A stretch of 63,941 bases of DNA, the filler included, from Choristocarpus tenellus KU-1152 (Eukaryota; Protista; Phaeophyceae): assembly GCA_964200185.2 (NCBI GenBank). It is 13 parts of 13 records of this genome, joined end to end, with 100 filler letters (N's around TTAATTAATTAA, not from the genome) between each part and the next. Parts side by side here need not be neighbours in the genome. Positions count along the whole stretch, not along the records: positions 38,863 to 41,953 come from CAXNAD020022381.1; positions 42,054 to 48,585 come from CAXNAD020007923.1; positions 48,686 to 51,249 come from CAXNAD020026734.1; positions 51,350 to 55,511 come from CAXNAD020015902.1; 9 more parts are not named here. One strand, given 5' to 3'. Positions 39,479 through 53,003 of the stretch are shown piece after piece (position 1 is the stretch's first letter; every line of letters starts with the position of its first letter). Below the pieces are notes generated by a model that did not search any database, was not told the DNA's origin, and was given only the letters and a program-made list of their open reading frames with translations. The translations under genes were made by a program, and so were the position numbers.

Positions 39479-41242
39479 CTGTATCCATGTTGATGGTGCG
39501 ATTTTCTTTGCTTCTGTCTTGCGGAGTTCGACCAGGTATTCAATCTGAACAACAATAAGAGAGTGAAATAAGAGAGTGCAATAAGAGAGTGCAGTCATGC
39601 AGTGGTATAGCAAACACAGACGATTGAGAGATGTTGCCAACACAATTAAAGAAACACAAGAACTATTTCAATAAACACAATTGAAGAAACACAAGTAATA
39701 TTTCAATGAACACAATTGAAGAAAGACAAGTAATACTTCAATAAACAAAATTGAAGAAACACAAGTAATATTTCAATAAACACAATTGAAGAAACACACA
39801 CACACACACACACACAAACATTTATATCTAGAATGTGTGTATCATACTCTTTGTTGGAGAACTTGAAAGAACAAAATGTAATTTAAAAATTTAGGAGAAA
39901 TTAACAAGCAAAAATAACATAGTAAAAATAGAGGAAACAAAATTTCATAACACACTACAGTTGTACAAGAAACACAGTTCGCAACACAGCAGAGTAGAAT
40001 AAGGAAACACAGTACAGTTTGCACAAAAAAATATGACACAAAGGTTAGCACAGAACAAGAAACATACCACAATAACAACACACCAGAAAACCCTAACCCT
40101 AACCCTAACCCTAACCCGAAAACAAAAAAGAGGTTATGCTTGCTGTATCAAACACCCCAACAGAAGTTTAATTCATTTATATTTCATTGTTATTCTTTTC
40201 ACTTAGTTTTATTTTATTTTTTTCTATTCCACTGCATGTCTTTCTTTTGTGGTCCTTGATGCCCTACCTCAAGTAGTCTACATCACTTTTTCCCTCTACA
40301 GGTCTGGGATCCCTCGCAACTAACGATGATGACAATAACCCAACATTAAGAATTTTGTGCAAGTATTTATCAGCTGTCAATATTAATTTACTCAGGATAG
40401 GGTCTAAGAAGCCTGTATCAACATCTCAGTCATCAACCTACCATTACATTCAAACATTTGGATTTTACTCAGATTATATATTTTTTTTAAAGAGAGTAAA
40501 TATTATGTACACAATACACACATATTATGTGCACAACACACACATATTTATCCCTAAGCCAAGCCCCAAATGGACAAACAGGACAAAACTCGCACCCTCT
40601 TAAATGCTATGACTATGATGCACAAAAAATGGTATGTAACATACACACATAACATGTTTATATAACAAATGTACATAATATAATAAATGTACATAATATA
40701 TGTAACATATACACACAACATGCATATATATAATAAATGTACATAATATATGTAACATATATACACATAACATGCATGTATATAATAAATGTACATAATA
40801 TATATGCCGAGCACTACTTGTCAATAAACAATATCCACACTATGGGGTTCCCTTGTAGAGAACTCTTCTCCATCTTTCCAGTGAACGCCATCAGTACTTT
40901 CAAATGGTGGTCGGACATCTCAGACAATTAACACGCCTTCCTGGAACGCTACAAACAATGAACCAAAATCACCTCAGCGAAACAAAATAAACAAAAAAAA
41001 ATTAATAAATAAATTAATGAATAAATCACCGTAGCGAACACTATCAGAGGTACCACTAATAAAACGCACTACATCAAAGAATTAAAAAAAAGATGGAAAA
41101 AAAGAGTAAGAACAAGACAGTTGATGCTGTAACCCTAACCCTTAGAAAGGAAAAAACAACTTGCCGAGCTTGTCACCCCAGTCCTGAGCGACCTGAACTC
41201 CAGACTAGGCTTCCGAAGGACACGCCTTATTGCTTGGAGCTC
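39479..41242 (-). CDS. Scattered exons of an unidentified gene
   Basis: CAG|ELQAIRRVLRKPSLEFRSLRTGVTSS (~41165-41242), possibly MSDHHLKVLMAFTGKMEKSSLQG (~40820-40918), and CAG|IEYLVELRKTEAKKIAPSTWIQ|GT (~39479-39544). Confidence 0.35.
39639..39797 (+). repeat. Tandem repeat, ~35-bp unit x ~4.5
   Basis: AACACAATTGAAGAAACACAAGTAATATTTCAATA repeated. Confidence 0.85.
40555..40603 (+). mobile_element. MITE family A terminal fragment
   Basis: AAGCCAAGCCCCAAATGGACAAACAGGACAAAACTCGCACCCTCTTAA matches the right part of family A. Confidence 0.75.
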
Positions 41243-41710
41243 CTGTGAAGAGAAGTCAAAAAGAGACAGTACAACAATATAGAGCAGAGAGATCAGTGAT
41301 CAGACAAAGGGGGAGGAAACTTCTGAATCATTGTTTTATATTATATAACAGAATGAAGGTTACACAAAAGAAGAATTGAAAAAATACAATCACGCATGCC
41401 AGGGTTGTGACTAGGATGAGGGTAGGGTTAGGGTTAGGGTTAGGGTAGGGGTTGGAAACCTTTTTTCAGAGCAAGTATTGTTATTGTTATTGTTAGTAAC
41501 ATGGGATTTTTGTTGCTACGTGGTGCTCCAGGGCGGTTTGGGGCATCCACCACAAAAAGGTATGGGTTGATAGGCCTCCAAAAAATCTACCTTCTCCACC
41601 TCATAAAGGAATACACGCAAGATAGCCATAGACGACATAAACATGCCAATAAATTCAACTCAACAGAATCCAAGATTCGTCCTCTCTTGCACATTACAAT
41701 ACATTATAAT

Positions 41711-41953
41711 ACATTACAATCGCCTACGACGTTTTTCCCACATTACAATCGCCTACGACGTTTTTCCCACATTACAATCGCCTACGACGTTTTTCCCACA
41801 TTACAATCGCCTACGACGTTTTTCCCACATTACAATCGCCTACGACGTTTTTCCCACATTACAATCGCCTACGACGTTTTTCCCACATTACAATCGCCTA
41901 CGACGTTTTTCCCACATTACAATCGCCTACGACGTTTTTCCCACATTACAATC
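41711..41953 (+). repeat. Perfect minisatellite, 29-bp unit (CATTACAATCGCCTACGACGTTTTTCCCA) x >=8, truncated by the contig end
   Basis: Identical head-to-tail units with no spacers. Confidence 0.97.
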
Positions 41954-42092
41954 NNNNNNNNNNNNNNNNNNNNNNNNNNNNNNNNNNNNNNNNNNNNTTA
42001 ATTAATTAANNNNNNNNNNNNNNNNNNNNNNNNNNNNNNNNNNNNNNNNNNNNAAAAGAAAACAATAAAATATGGGGAGGGGGGTGGGGGGG

Positions 42093-42126
<34 letters not shown>

Positions 42127-42790
42127 AAGGGGCATCGTTTTGTTGATGCCACCAATACAGTGTTTCGACCAATAGGGTACATTGGTTCACACATAAAAAA
42201 ACTCGGCCCACCTCATTGATCTCTGTTTTAGTGCAAGGGTTAAGGTCAAGGATCACACGACCAATACTGTGCTAACAAGAAAAAAAAAATGCACGGTACG
42301 ATCTGTGAGGTACATGATATTAATGTAAAAAGTAATCAATAAATACTGCGTCTAAATAATCTGTATATTCAAAACAAAACGCACACAATATATTTGTAAA
42401 TCCTCTCTTCACGTTCAGCACCAGCTGAAACAGGTTGCGGAGCAGAAACAAAACTGAATCAGGAAGGCGTTTCTTACAGCTTTACAGCGGGTGTCATAGA
42501 ATAGACACACTGATTCGGATTTCTCTGACATTTTAGGGTACAACCTCGAGACGGGTTTCTGGAAGACCCCCCCTCCCCAAAACACCCCAAACCCAATACT
42601 ATCTTGTCACATTTATAGCCGATTAATAACCCCCCCCCCAAAAGGTACAACGTAGTGCGATGCAAGACTTCTTGACAGAGTGAGAATGCGAAAAAGAGTC
42701 GGTGTGCCTCTCTTGTTTACAGTTACAAACAAGAAGAGAGCAGGGCGCAATCCACTCTAGGGCAAGAAGTATTGCAATGCCAACAGTCAC

Positions 42791-44713
42791 CTTCTGCCAT
42801 GCCCTCTGCGTCCACCTGCAGGCGTCCCATGTGCTGTGCAAGAGTTGGAACTGTTTCCAACAGTCTCTCGTACTCTGAGATGACGCAGTCTGCCACGTTC
42901 AACAGCCTAAGTCTGTCACCACCATCTTTGTTTAGCTTGGGCTGACTGAAGTGTGTTGTCTCTGGCTCTGTGTTTAGCATTGTGTTGGCATTGTTTAGAC
43001 CGGTGCTTGATGCACAGGTCATGGCAGGGGTGAAACGACCCTCCCTTCCAGGAACTGGTGTTGAGGTGTTGAGGAAGAGTTTTTTTTTCCGGATTTGGAT
43101 TGGGGTCAGGGTTAGTGTTAGGGTTGGGGTTCTGATGGAGGTAGGACAAGGTGCTTGGAATAGGATCAGTCGTAGGGTAGCATATGGTCAGATGCATCAG
43201 AGTCTGGGTAATGGTTAGAGGTAAGGTTTTGCTAGAGGTTGGGTGAGGGGTTTGGATTAGGAATAGCTCAGGAGCAATAAAGGAAGGAAAAAGGGTAGGC
43301 TTAATGCAGCCGCATTTTTTTTTGCCAAGAACGTTGCATTTCTGCGTATGATCTGAATTGTGTGCTACTGAATCTTGTATGATTGGGATCGAATCAAAGG
43401 AATCAGCAAGGTTAAGGATGGTCAATGATACCTTCTACCCAACCCTGTAGAGGAGGACAAAATGTGGACATGTCAAAAAACGACTTTTTCAACTTTCTGG
43501 TCCTGCATGTTTGCACTCAACGTATCATACAACTGAAAAGCCCAGAAAAACGTTTAAACTTTCCTTGAATGCAACACAACACCGGAGACAGAAGGTTGAT
43601 TTGCTATAGGGTATGCATAGTGCACCTTTGGTGCTGGCATTGTCAGTGTAGCTGGGAAGTATATTTGCTTCAGTAGCCTTGTCCCCCAACGTAGCGTTTC
43701 TGCCACCGGCAACCTCCTGTTGAAATGCCAGCACAGAAAAAGCAAACAATTCAAAGCCACCCTGCATGTCTTCGGACTCAGACTAAGACCTAACGTCACA
43801 TCTAGCCAGGCACTGGTAGTGTAAATACCTATAAAGACAAAACAGGATATGTCCAAACAGAAGAAATGGAATGCAGAGACAAAACAGGACATGTCCCTCC
43901 AACATGCAGCACTTTCGTCAACGTAAATAAAAAGTGCAGCACTAGCAAGTGACTCATGGGGGAGGAGCGAAAGCAGTACGGCTGGAAATATACAGAGTAC
44001 AATACTAGTGTGTTTGTCCTCAGCACTTAAGGTTGCACTTCCTCGATGTCCTTCACAGTGCCCACCTTGTTGCCTTCGACGAAAGAAGGTATCTTCACTT
44101 CCGAAACGCCAGCAGTCCATTTAGAAGAAAGTATTGGGTCACCGATGGGGTTAAAGGCAGTCGTTGTTCGTGCACTCTGGCGTCCACTGCTCGGCAGTTG
44201 CCTGGAGCGTTCACGGTCACGTAGTGGTTTCTGTCTGGACTTCGGGCGTCGGACGGAAGACTGAACAGCGGACTCATTGTTACGGTATCGGACCCGGCGG
44301 TCTGCTTTTGGAGTTGCTATCCCAGGAGATGTTCTTCCCAGAGTAGATCTAGCGTTTCTGGCTTCATGTTCATGGTCTTCATCACCCATGAGAGAAGTTG
44401 CAGGTTTTGATGCCACCGCAGCAGCGGCTGCCGCTGTCCGCACCCTCTCAATTACTTGAGGTGCAAAGGTTCCCCTCGTCCTGAGGACTGGTGAAGAAAT
44501 TTTCCCCCCAGCTACCGTTCCTCGAACGACCCTCTCCGAAGAGGGTTCCGGTCGTGAAGGGGATCGTAGAGATTGTCCTTGACTGGGGTGCTCTTGGTGG
44601 AATAGGACAACCCTCGGCGATCCTAATGACTCATCCTTGCTGGAGGGATTACTCTCATCTAGCCTTCCAATTGATCCAGGCGAACCCTCCAGAGAGTCGC
44701 GTGATAGCGCCAT
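42791..44713 (-). CDS. 5' exons of an unidentified gene with a low-complexity Ser/Arg-rich N-terminus
   Basis: 228-aa GC-rich ORF 44027-44713 (likely donor near 44064), then exon-like EVAGGRNATLGDKATEANILPSYTDNASTK (~43626-43717) and ...DRLRLLNVADCVISEYERLLETVPTLAQHMGRLQVDAEGMAE (~42791-43010). Confidence 0.55.
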
Positions 44714-45096
44714 CTGTTGCGGCCATGAGAGGACCTTATATCAACTACTACCATCACAAGAAGCTACAACACTTTAAAAAGAATCCGCGTACAAAACTTG
44801 TATCAACATCCACCGAAATGCGGAAATATTCAGGCGTAACTCTTGCCATTACAGCAAATCTACGGAATCTAGGAAAAACATCAATAGATCATCGACAAAT
44901 TAAAGAGAAGCACGTTTACCTCCCAACTCCCAACAAGGTATTTTTTGGGTTCAAATTCCCAACAATATTACCGCCTTCGAATATATTATAACGTCCTCAT
45001 GTTCTCCTTCAACCAACTTTCGAAACAAAAAGGATCATATCAAATCCCATCATATCCCATCGTCTTGCACACTGCGTCATCCTGAACTCCAACTTC

Positions 45097-47647
45097 ATGA
45101 TTACTGGATCGCTGATTTCACACTACTCTGCTTTCACACTAAACCATGGACTCGATATTCTCCCTCCTCGATCAGTCGACTGTAACTTGCCTGGGATTGG
45201 TGTTGGGGGATTGGTTCCATCATGTTCACCATTCCGACTGCCAATCCAATCGAAGCCTAGGATATTACGGATGATTTCCTCACCGAACGAAGTCGTTGAG
45301 GAGGAGGCAGTGTCCTCCCCTTTTCGAGACGAAGATACTCAATCGTATAAGTCTGGGGAGGGATGGGTTCTACACTATACAAACAGTAAGACTCGGCGCG
45401 AGGTTGCTGAAGCTAGGAGTGAGGTGCGTACGTACTCAGCAGGATGCGAGGTGGGGACAACTGACTATAAGAACGTATCCATGATTATATTGCCACGGGA
45501 GAGAATTGTGATTTGTGTTGACTGGAAGTTTTAGAAGCAAAGGTAACAGGTTCGGATAGTTTTCAAGTTGAAATCTGATAGGAAACATATTCAGCATCCC
45601 GCAGTAGTTGCTCCAGGATGAGGTTGAAGCGATTGTGGAGGGTGGAGATTTGAAATCGATGCTAGGGAAGCTTCACTCTTTTACGTAGGCTGTTTGAACA
45701 CAACTGTTTGGGCTGTAATCGGGGAAAAACGAGACTACTTCGACCCTGGGACTGGTGGTACACACAACACGGGATCAACAGAAGAGCGTAGCAACAATCC
45801 ACACAACAGCTGGAATAAGAAGGTCGGCAATATGTAGATATATTTTTCGTTTCCGTCCTCTTAGATGGAGAGTGGTACCTCAATTTGAGACACGCTTGGA
45901 TGGGTCCTCTCCTGAAGCATCGCCATTGCCAGTGTGCGATGTTTCCCGTCCTTCTCAAAGAGAATAACTTGAAGCACATCCAACGGACAGCACAAGTTTC
46001 CAACTTCTTCCAACTCACACACTTATACTATGTTGTGGCAAGCACGTTACTATCTGTCCAGGATGGCTGTGATTATGTTACTAGGCGAATGGGCATGTGT
46101 GATCCCTTGCATGGTGTGCACCCTTGTGTTTATTCGCTGGGTGTCGTCTGTCAGTCATGCTCCCATGCCTAGGACGAGATTACGACCCCCCCCGTAACAT
46201 GTACTCATCCTTCACTCTTACAGACCTACTCCCGCGCATCATGTCCCCTAGAGCATTTCACTCTCTCTTAAGACCTTGCTCATGCTTCTTTTAGTGGTGA
46301 GACTAGTCCGAAAAAATCGAATTTTGGAACTCTACGTGTGTACCACTGCTGACTACATAGTCCACTTCAGTACGCTGGAAGGATGGTGATCGATTGTATG
46401 TTTTGCGTGCATGCATATATTTGTTACCCTAGTGGCGGTAGTTGCAGGTATTTTTTTTTTATGAGGTTTTTGTTGCGAACGGGCGTTATGCTCAGTGTTT
46501 TCATGCAAGTATAATAATGTTGTCGGTTGCTATTAACCTTTTTGGTGATTGATCACGACACAATAAAACTAAGAGTCAATCTTGAGAGTCAATCTTGAGA
46601 GCATGTGCTCCTTTCAGGCTTGTTTTCGAAGTAGAGCTGATCCTGTGTGTCAGATTTAACCTTCCTGACACAATTTCAGATGGCTATAGGGTTAGGGTTG
46701 TTGTTTGTGCTTACATCAAACAGTGGGGACAGCACTGTGAATAGGGTTAGGGTTGTTGTTTGTGCTTACATCAAACAGTGGGGACAGCACTGTGAATGCA
46801 GTGACTGCTGCTGTCGAATTTGATCCTTGCTACCTGCCTTCTATTGCACAGTACACTCTTTCGGAGTGACAGACCTCTAGCAAGTTCACTTTTGCTTCAT
46901 AGAGGTTTTCACCAAGTTCAGTGTTGAAGTTAATTTCTCCAATAGAATGCCTCATGTCTCAATTTGAAACCATTGGATTCCTACAACTTTACACCCCGGC
47001 GTGCTCGCCTATTCACTCAAATCTTTTCACTATCGTTTTCATTGATATTGCCCCGTGGCACTGCTGTGGCACTATGAGTTCCATCAATATAACAGTTGAG
47101 CTCGACCACTGCTGTCTGCATATCCTTGGTAGCTGTCATTTTTTAGCTCCCAATTGATAATATATGGAGCTACTCATTTCAGCGAGAAAACGAAGATGAT
47201 ATGATGGTATGTTGGTGTATGGGGGTGTTGGCAGGACGGTATGTCGGTATGATGATATGACGGTATGTCGGTATGATGATATGATGGTATGTTGGTGTGA
47301 TGGTGTGATGTTATGTTTCTTTTTTCTTGCTGACAATGTATTTATATGAACACACTCTGGCTAGATTTCTTCTATGTTCGTGTTGTACGGCCGACTAACC
47401 CTAACCCTATCTTTTTATCCCTTTTCCTAGTGCCTCGAATGTCCTTCTCCAACGCATCTCCAACTTCATTTTTTGTTTGTTTTGTCATGTCTGTTTCTAT
47501 TTCTGTTTCTGCCAGAAATACCATGGTCCGCCCTTGAAAATCGTCATAGCGGGGAAACCTTCTAGTGGGAAAGGAACCCTGGCACCAATGGTTTCCAGGG
47601 CATATAGAGGCGTTTACGTTGCCTCTGGTAATCTCCTCCGTTCAGAG
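45097..47647 (+). CDS. Adenylate kinase-like gene: exon 47516-47647, probably joined to first exon ~45097-45423
   Basis: KYHGPPLKIVIAGKPSSGKGTLAPMVSRAYRGVYVASGNLLRSE is the ADK P-loop (G.P.SGKGT...S.G.LLR.E). Linkage to the upstream exon (possible targeting peptide) is inferred only. Confidence 0.7.
46686..46797 (+). repeat. Direct duplication of ~55 bp beginning with a telomere-like repeat
   Basis: ATAGGGTTAGGGTTGTTGTTTGTGCTTACATCAAACAGTGGGGACAGCACTGTGA occurs twice. Confidence 0.9.
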
Positions 47648-49267
47648 GTACAGTGTGTACTATGACCGTGATTGGCTATCCTGTGATCGAATTTGATTGG
47701 TTCCTTTTCGACTAGGTTTTAAAAATAAAGATATTCTGTGGTGTTTGATATACATTGCTTTTGTCCTCTTGCAAGGCTTCCTGTTTGTTTGTTTTGACAC
47801 TTTGTGTTGGTGTTTATGTGCTTGTGTGTTTGTGTATTTATGTCTTTTGTTTTGGTGATCTTTTTTGTTTTTTCTGGCATTCCACGATCTTTTGCATGCC
47901 TTCAGTATACTGTTGATTTTTTTTCGTGTAGTTAATGTTGTATTGTATGTGTACCAATGTGCAGTGTATATTAGTCTTGATGTTAGGGTCAGGGTTAGGG
48001 TTAGGGTTCGGGGTAGGGTTAGGTTGCTTCTTGGTACCAAATATTTCTCCACCTTGTGTCCTGACAAAGGAGGCAGGCTATGGCAAGGGCAGAGAGTGAT
48101 GTGGTCAGGAGAATGATTAATGCAGTACCACGTAGCACCATGTAGGGTTAGGGTTAGGGTTAGGGTTAGGTTTAGCAATGTGAAATAGTAAGAAGATGAA
48201 CAACCGTGGGGGGGGCGCTAGGTGGTTTGGAGTATTATTGCTGTTGTGGTGCATCTTAGTGCCATGTAGCGCTACGTGGTGATGTATGTAGAAAATAGGC
48301 TGTGGTTAGAAGTAGTTGTAACCGATCACTTTTTTCAAAATAGTTTTTCTTTTGGTACTGTGGTGCTCTGTAGCGCTATGCAGTGCCACGGAATGATGTG
48401 GCATATAGTCAATTGAGAATATTGAATCCAATGGCACCTTTTCTTTGCTTTTTTTCTAATCTCTTTTGTGTTGCGCTCTTTTTTTTTTCTACATTTTTTT
48501 TTTCTTCTCTCCATTGTGTTACTCACCTTCCACCTTCCTAGAGAGTTGATTTTTTTTTGATTTTTTTTCAGGCCCAAAGTATCTGNNNNNNNNNNNNNNN
48601 NNNNNNNNNNNNNNNNNNNNNNNNNNNNNTTAATTAATTAANNNNNNNNNNNNNNNNNNNNNNNNNNNNNNNNNNNNNNNNNNNNCCATCCTCATAGTCC
48701 CGCGCCATCCTCAATTTTGAGGATCCCTTGTTCCATCCCTCTTTTTTCCCTTCACTCCCTTTCTATTAACTTTTGGGATAACCAGTCTTCTTTTGAGGTC
48801 ATTCACTCATTAACCCTTTCGTCTACCCTTCCTATCTTTTTCTTTTTCCTTTCCCACTACTATGTCACCTGATTTTACCAATCTACCACTGTGAATTCTC
48901 ACCCTCAGAATACTCAGATTACTTCATAAACTTGACCATTTTGGTTTTGAAAATATGTGTATGAAATTATGTGCGACCAATAAAAAAAATCGACAGTTAT
49001 ATTTTCTCTATTTTCCATTACCCACTACATACACCCATTCGTATGTTTTTTTTTATAGTGGTAGTTTTAACGGTTTCTTTTCGTCATATGGTTGGAGATG
49101 AACAGTGTGGATACCTTCGTTGTGACTCACAAAGCCTAGGTTCGAAATACAAGGGAGGTTGATCATCAGGTAAGAGTCAAAGGGTACTATGCAATATTAG
49201 TAGTGCAATTGATGTTTGTGGTTTGGCGGGAGATCCCTTCTCCCAGTCCTCTCTGACTATATCAGAT

Positions 49268-49525
49268 GAGTCAGACAGAGTATCTGAGAGGGTAGAGCCG
49301 CGTCCATTTGAGGACCAAAATCGAATTTTGCAATTTTGATGCAATTTTGGCTATCATATTTGTTAGGAGATGTTCATATCCTTGTTCCCGATACACCTTT
49401 TCATAACGTATGCATTTTACCTACCTACTCCGAACATTTTGGAGTAGGTAAAATGCCATTAAAAAAACCGTGGGAAGTCAAGCCCCAAAATGGAAACAGG
49501 GAAAAACTCGTACCCTCTAGATTCA
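49268..49525 (+). mobile_element. MITE family A copy (degenerate ends)
   Basis: GTATCTGAGAGGGTAGAGCCGCGTCCATTTG...AAAACTCGTACCCTCTAGAT. Confidence 0.85.
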
Positions 49526-50179
49526 AGATCGTACTGACTGGTCGAGAGCTAGATGAACAGTATGTCCTTGGAGAGGGGTAGTGGGCTCTTGAAATCAAAA
49601 CAGGATGTCCTACCACTTCAGTTGATCACTTCTCATTCATTTTTGGAATGTTCTATTCTCCTTGTTGTCACCTTGAAGCGTGAGACAGACACAACCTGAT
49701 TGTTGTGAGGAAATCTGAAGTCGGACGACCATCCTAACATGGTGGCGTCCTGAGTCGTCTCGATTCTCTCTCACTACTGGGGGAGAGACACTTCGTTGTT
49801 GTATACTCCCTCAATCATGTATGTTCGTTTCCAAGAGGGTGTACCATTATGCGTGTTGGGATGCACAGTGGTTAATGTTGACATGTTTCGCAGATACGTA
49901 GAAATCCTAACCAAGTACAGGGCATTGTTGCTCTCTTCTATCGCTTGTGTAATGCCTCGTAAATAGCTAATGGACTCAATCTCAAGAGATGTATGACTGC
50001 TAAGAACAAATGGCTAAATCCCACAGGTACAACTGAGAGATCGCTTCTTGGTGTCCCATTATTTGGATTTCAGGAGTCGTCTGGGAAATGGAGGGACATA
50101 CTGCCCTTTACGTTCAAAACTCGTTGTATGTATGGAACGGTACTTAACCTCCCCATGGTTAATTCAACAAAATGATTTT

Positions 50180-50442
50180 GAGTCAAAGTATCTTAGGGTT
50201 AGGGTATAACCGCGTCCACTAGGGGGCCAAAATCCAATGTTGAGGTTTTGATGTAATTTTGACTATTTTGTTTGTTTGGAGATGTCAATATCCTTGTTTT
50301 GGACACACCTTTTCATAACGTATACATTTTACCAACTCCAAAACATTTTGGGGTAGGTAAAATGTCTATGAAAGCACGTGGGAAGCCAAGCCCCAGATGG
50401 ACAAACAGGGAAAAATTCGTACCCTCTAAGATACTTTCACTC
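50180..50442 (+). mobile_element. MITE family A copy with TTTT target duplication
   Basis: TTTT|GAGTCAAAGTATCTTAG ... CTAAGATACTTTCACTC|TTTT. Confidence 0.92.
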
Positions 50443-51032
50443 TTTTAGAATCCACTAGAATGGAGGGGGGCTAAAGGCAACCTGCACATTGTTCAAGTAT
50501 TGAGTGGATCTGTGATGATGCAGCCGTTATCTTTCCTGAGGGTGAGAGAGGAAGGTCCTTCCTTGGTGGTCACGCCCACTCTATTCAAAATGAATTTCCT
50601 CAAACAGGAGTTGGGTAGGTCCCCCATAGTAAGGATGGGTACAAATGATTTGGATCTGTGCTATGATTGTATCCACAAACCCTTACATGTTTGATCCTGC
50701 CTTGTGTAACAATATTTGTTGTCAATGGCCCCCAACAATCGATGGTCGTGGAAGCATGTGTTTGAGTTACAAGTTGCTCGTACAGTGTTCATGTGGGCAT
50801 GGCAACAAGGGGCACAACTCTGTAGGGACCGGTCCTGGAGGAATATTTAGCGTTCTAGGTATACAGCATACAGGTAGGTACATTATGTCACTAGATTATC
50901 CTCAAAAGTATGTTACCTTCACATACGTGCCATACACCTGTTAACAATTTTTTTTTGTATGTACGAATATCCGTACACTTGTTAGTAAATGTTCCAGGTA
51001 CTTCGAACTGATGTACATCCTGACAAGGCGTT

Positions 51033-51063
<31 letters not shown>

Positions 51064-51139
51064 ATCCTCCTACTTATGTACACTATTTGTACTAAATATT
51101 GGATATGTACACGAACACATGCAACACTATTAGTTCATT

Positions 51140-51187
<48 letters not shown>

Positions 51188-53003
51188 CCACACCCAATCC
51201 CCCCGGGGAAACTATTGTACTTTCTTTATCAACGACCGACCCAGACAACNNNNNNNNNNNNNNNNNNNNNNNNNNNNNNNNNNNNNNNNNNNNTTAATTA
51301 ATTAANNNNNNNNNNNNNNNNNNNNNNNNNNNNNNNNNNNNNNNNNNNNGGGGGGATGTGTGTTTGTAGATACACCGCAACGAATCTATCATTCGATCCA
51401 TGAGCAAAAAAATAAAAATAAAAAGAGGCCTGACGAGTGCACCGGCGCATGAAAGTGTAACCGCCACTGACATCATTCCACTGACAACAACGGACTCCCT
51501 GAAACATGGAAATGTGACGGGGGAAGGTAAGGATTGCAAACTTCAACACCCCCTTGCATTTCTTTTTTTTCTGAGCAGTGATGTGGAGAGAGGTATCTGT
51601 CAAACACTTGTCTGAATCCCCCTCCCTCCATCTTACAACTCTTCTTTCAGACTTCTTTTTCTTTTTCTCAGCATCAGCTCAAGAAAAAAAAAAATCCCGG
51701 GGTGGGTTTTCTATACAGGAAGGAAGGCATATTTCTTGCGGCTTTTCACAGTGAGTTAGTTGTGTGTAACAGGTAGACAGACCTGAGTCAGATCTTGATG
51801 ACATGTTAGGGTAAAATACCTCTCACAAACAAAAGTATAAAAAACCTGATACCATCTTTTGTGCATGCATAGCCTAGATAGAACATACACCCCACAAACT
51901 GTTCTTGTTCTGAACAGAGGAGGAAAGGTCAGGGTTAGGGTTAGGGTTAGAGTCACCGTACTGATCTCAAAACAAAATAAAATAGCCCCAACCCCCTGCG
52001 GAACCTTCAATTGATTTTTTTTATTATCAGGACTGCCACAAAAATTTTCCAGACAAAGACAAACACAACAAAGGAAAACAATATGGATGGCGTGTATGTG
52101 GAGGACCTCCTTTTTACTGTTTGTGGTACATGTCATACCACTATATATACATACAAACGCTCCACTGCAAAGTGATCTCTCCAAGACAACAGAGAGCAGG
52201 AAATTTCCAGATCCATTGGCGGCCTTTCTGAGAAATTTCACTTCTTTGTTTTTGAAATGCTACGTTCTGACATAAAAATTGACTGAAAACCACCTCTCGC
52301 TGATGAGATTATACGTAAAAACTGTCATAAAAATTGTCTCTGTAGCACACGCCTCAAAAGTTAAAAAAAACAAAACACCTGCGATCGTAACAGTAAAATT
52401 GTGAAAGGCCCAACCAAACCAGACACTGATGAGTCAGTCAGTTGTCTTGGGATGACCTGCCCCGACCAACCAGTCCTGTGGAACGTATCCCAGGGGTACA
52501 GGGCCCAAAGAGCAACATTTGGACCAACAAGATGACCCGAATGCCACACCGAGCCAACAGGATAATCATTGTACCCAATTAAATTGTAACCAATCTTTGC
52601 AAAAAAAAAAAAAAAAAACCGAACACAACACCGCGCCAATAGGATAAATTTGCCCCCCAAAATGTTTTGACCAATAGAATGACTTGGATGCCACACCAGC
52701 CCAACCCACAAAACCCAACAGGATGAATTCATCCTCAATATGAAATAAAATTTTCATTATTATTATTATTCACTGCATTTGATCCGAGGGATCCCGTACC
52801 CGTGTTTGTAAAACATACTCCAAACAATATAAACCACTTAGTAAAAAAGAACCCCCCCCCCATATATATGTATACATATATATATATATACACATACATT
52901 ACATGTATGTGCCAATAGAATGACCTGAACGCCACACCAAGCCAGTGAGTACTACATCGGTACATACATTCATGACGAGCATTGTAAGGATTGATTGCTT
53001 CAC

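Noticed and set aside
40090-40117. True telomere
   Set aside because: Only a few units, internal to a contig.
41711-41953. CRISPR-like array
   Set aside because: Units are contiguous with no unique spacers, there are no cas genes, and the context is eukaryotic.
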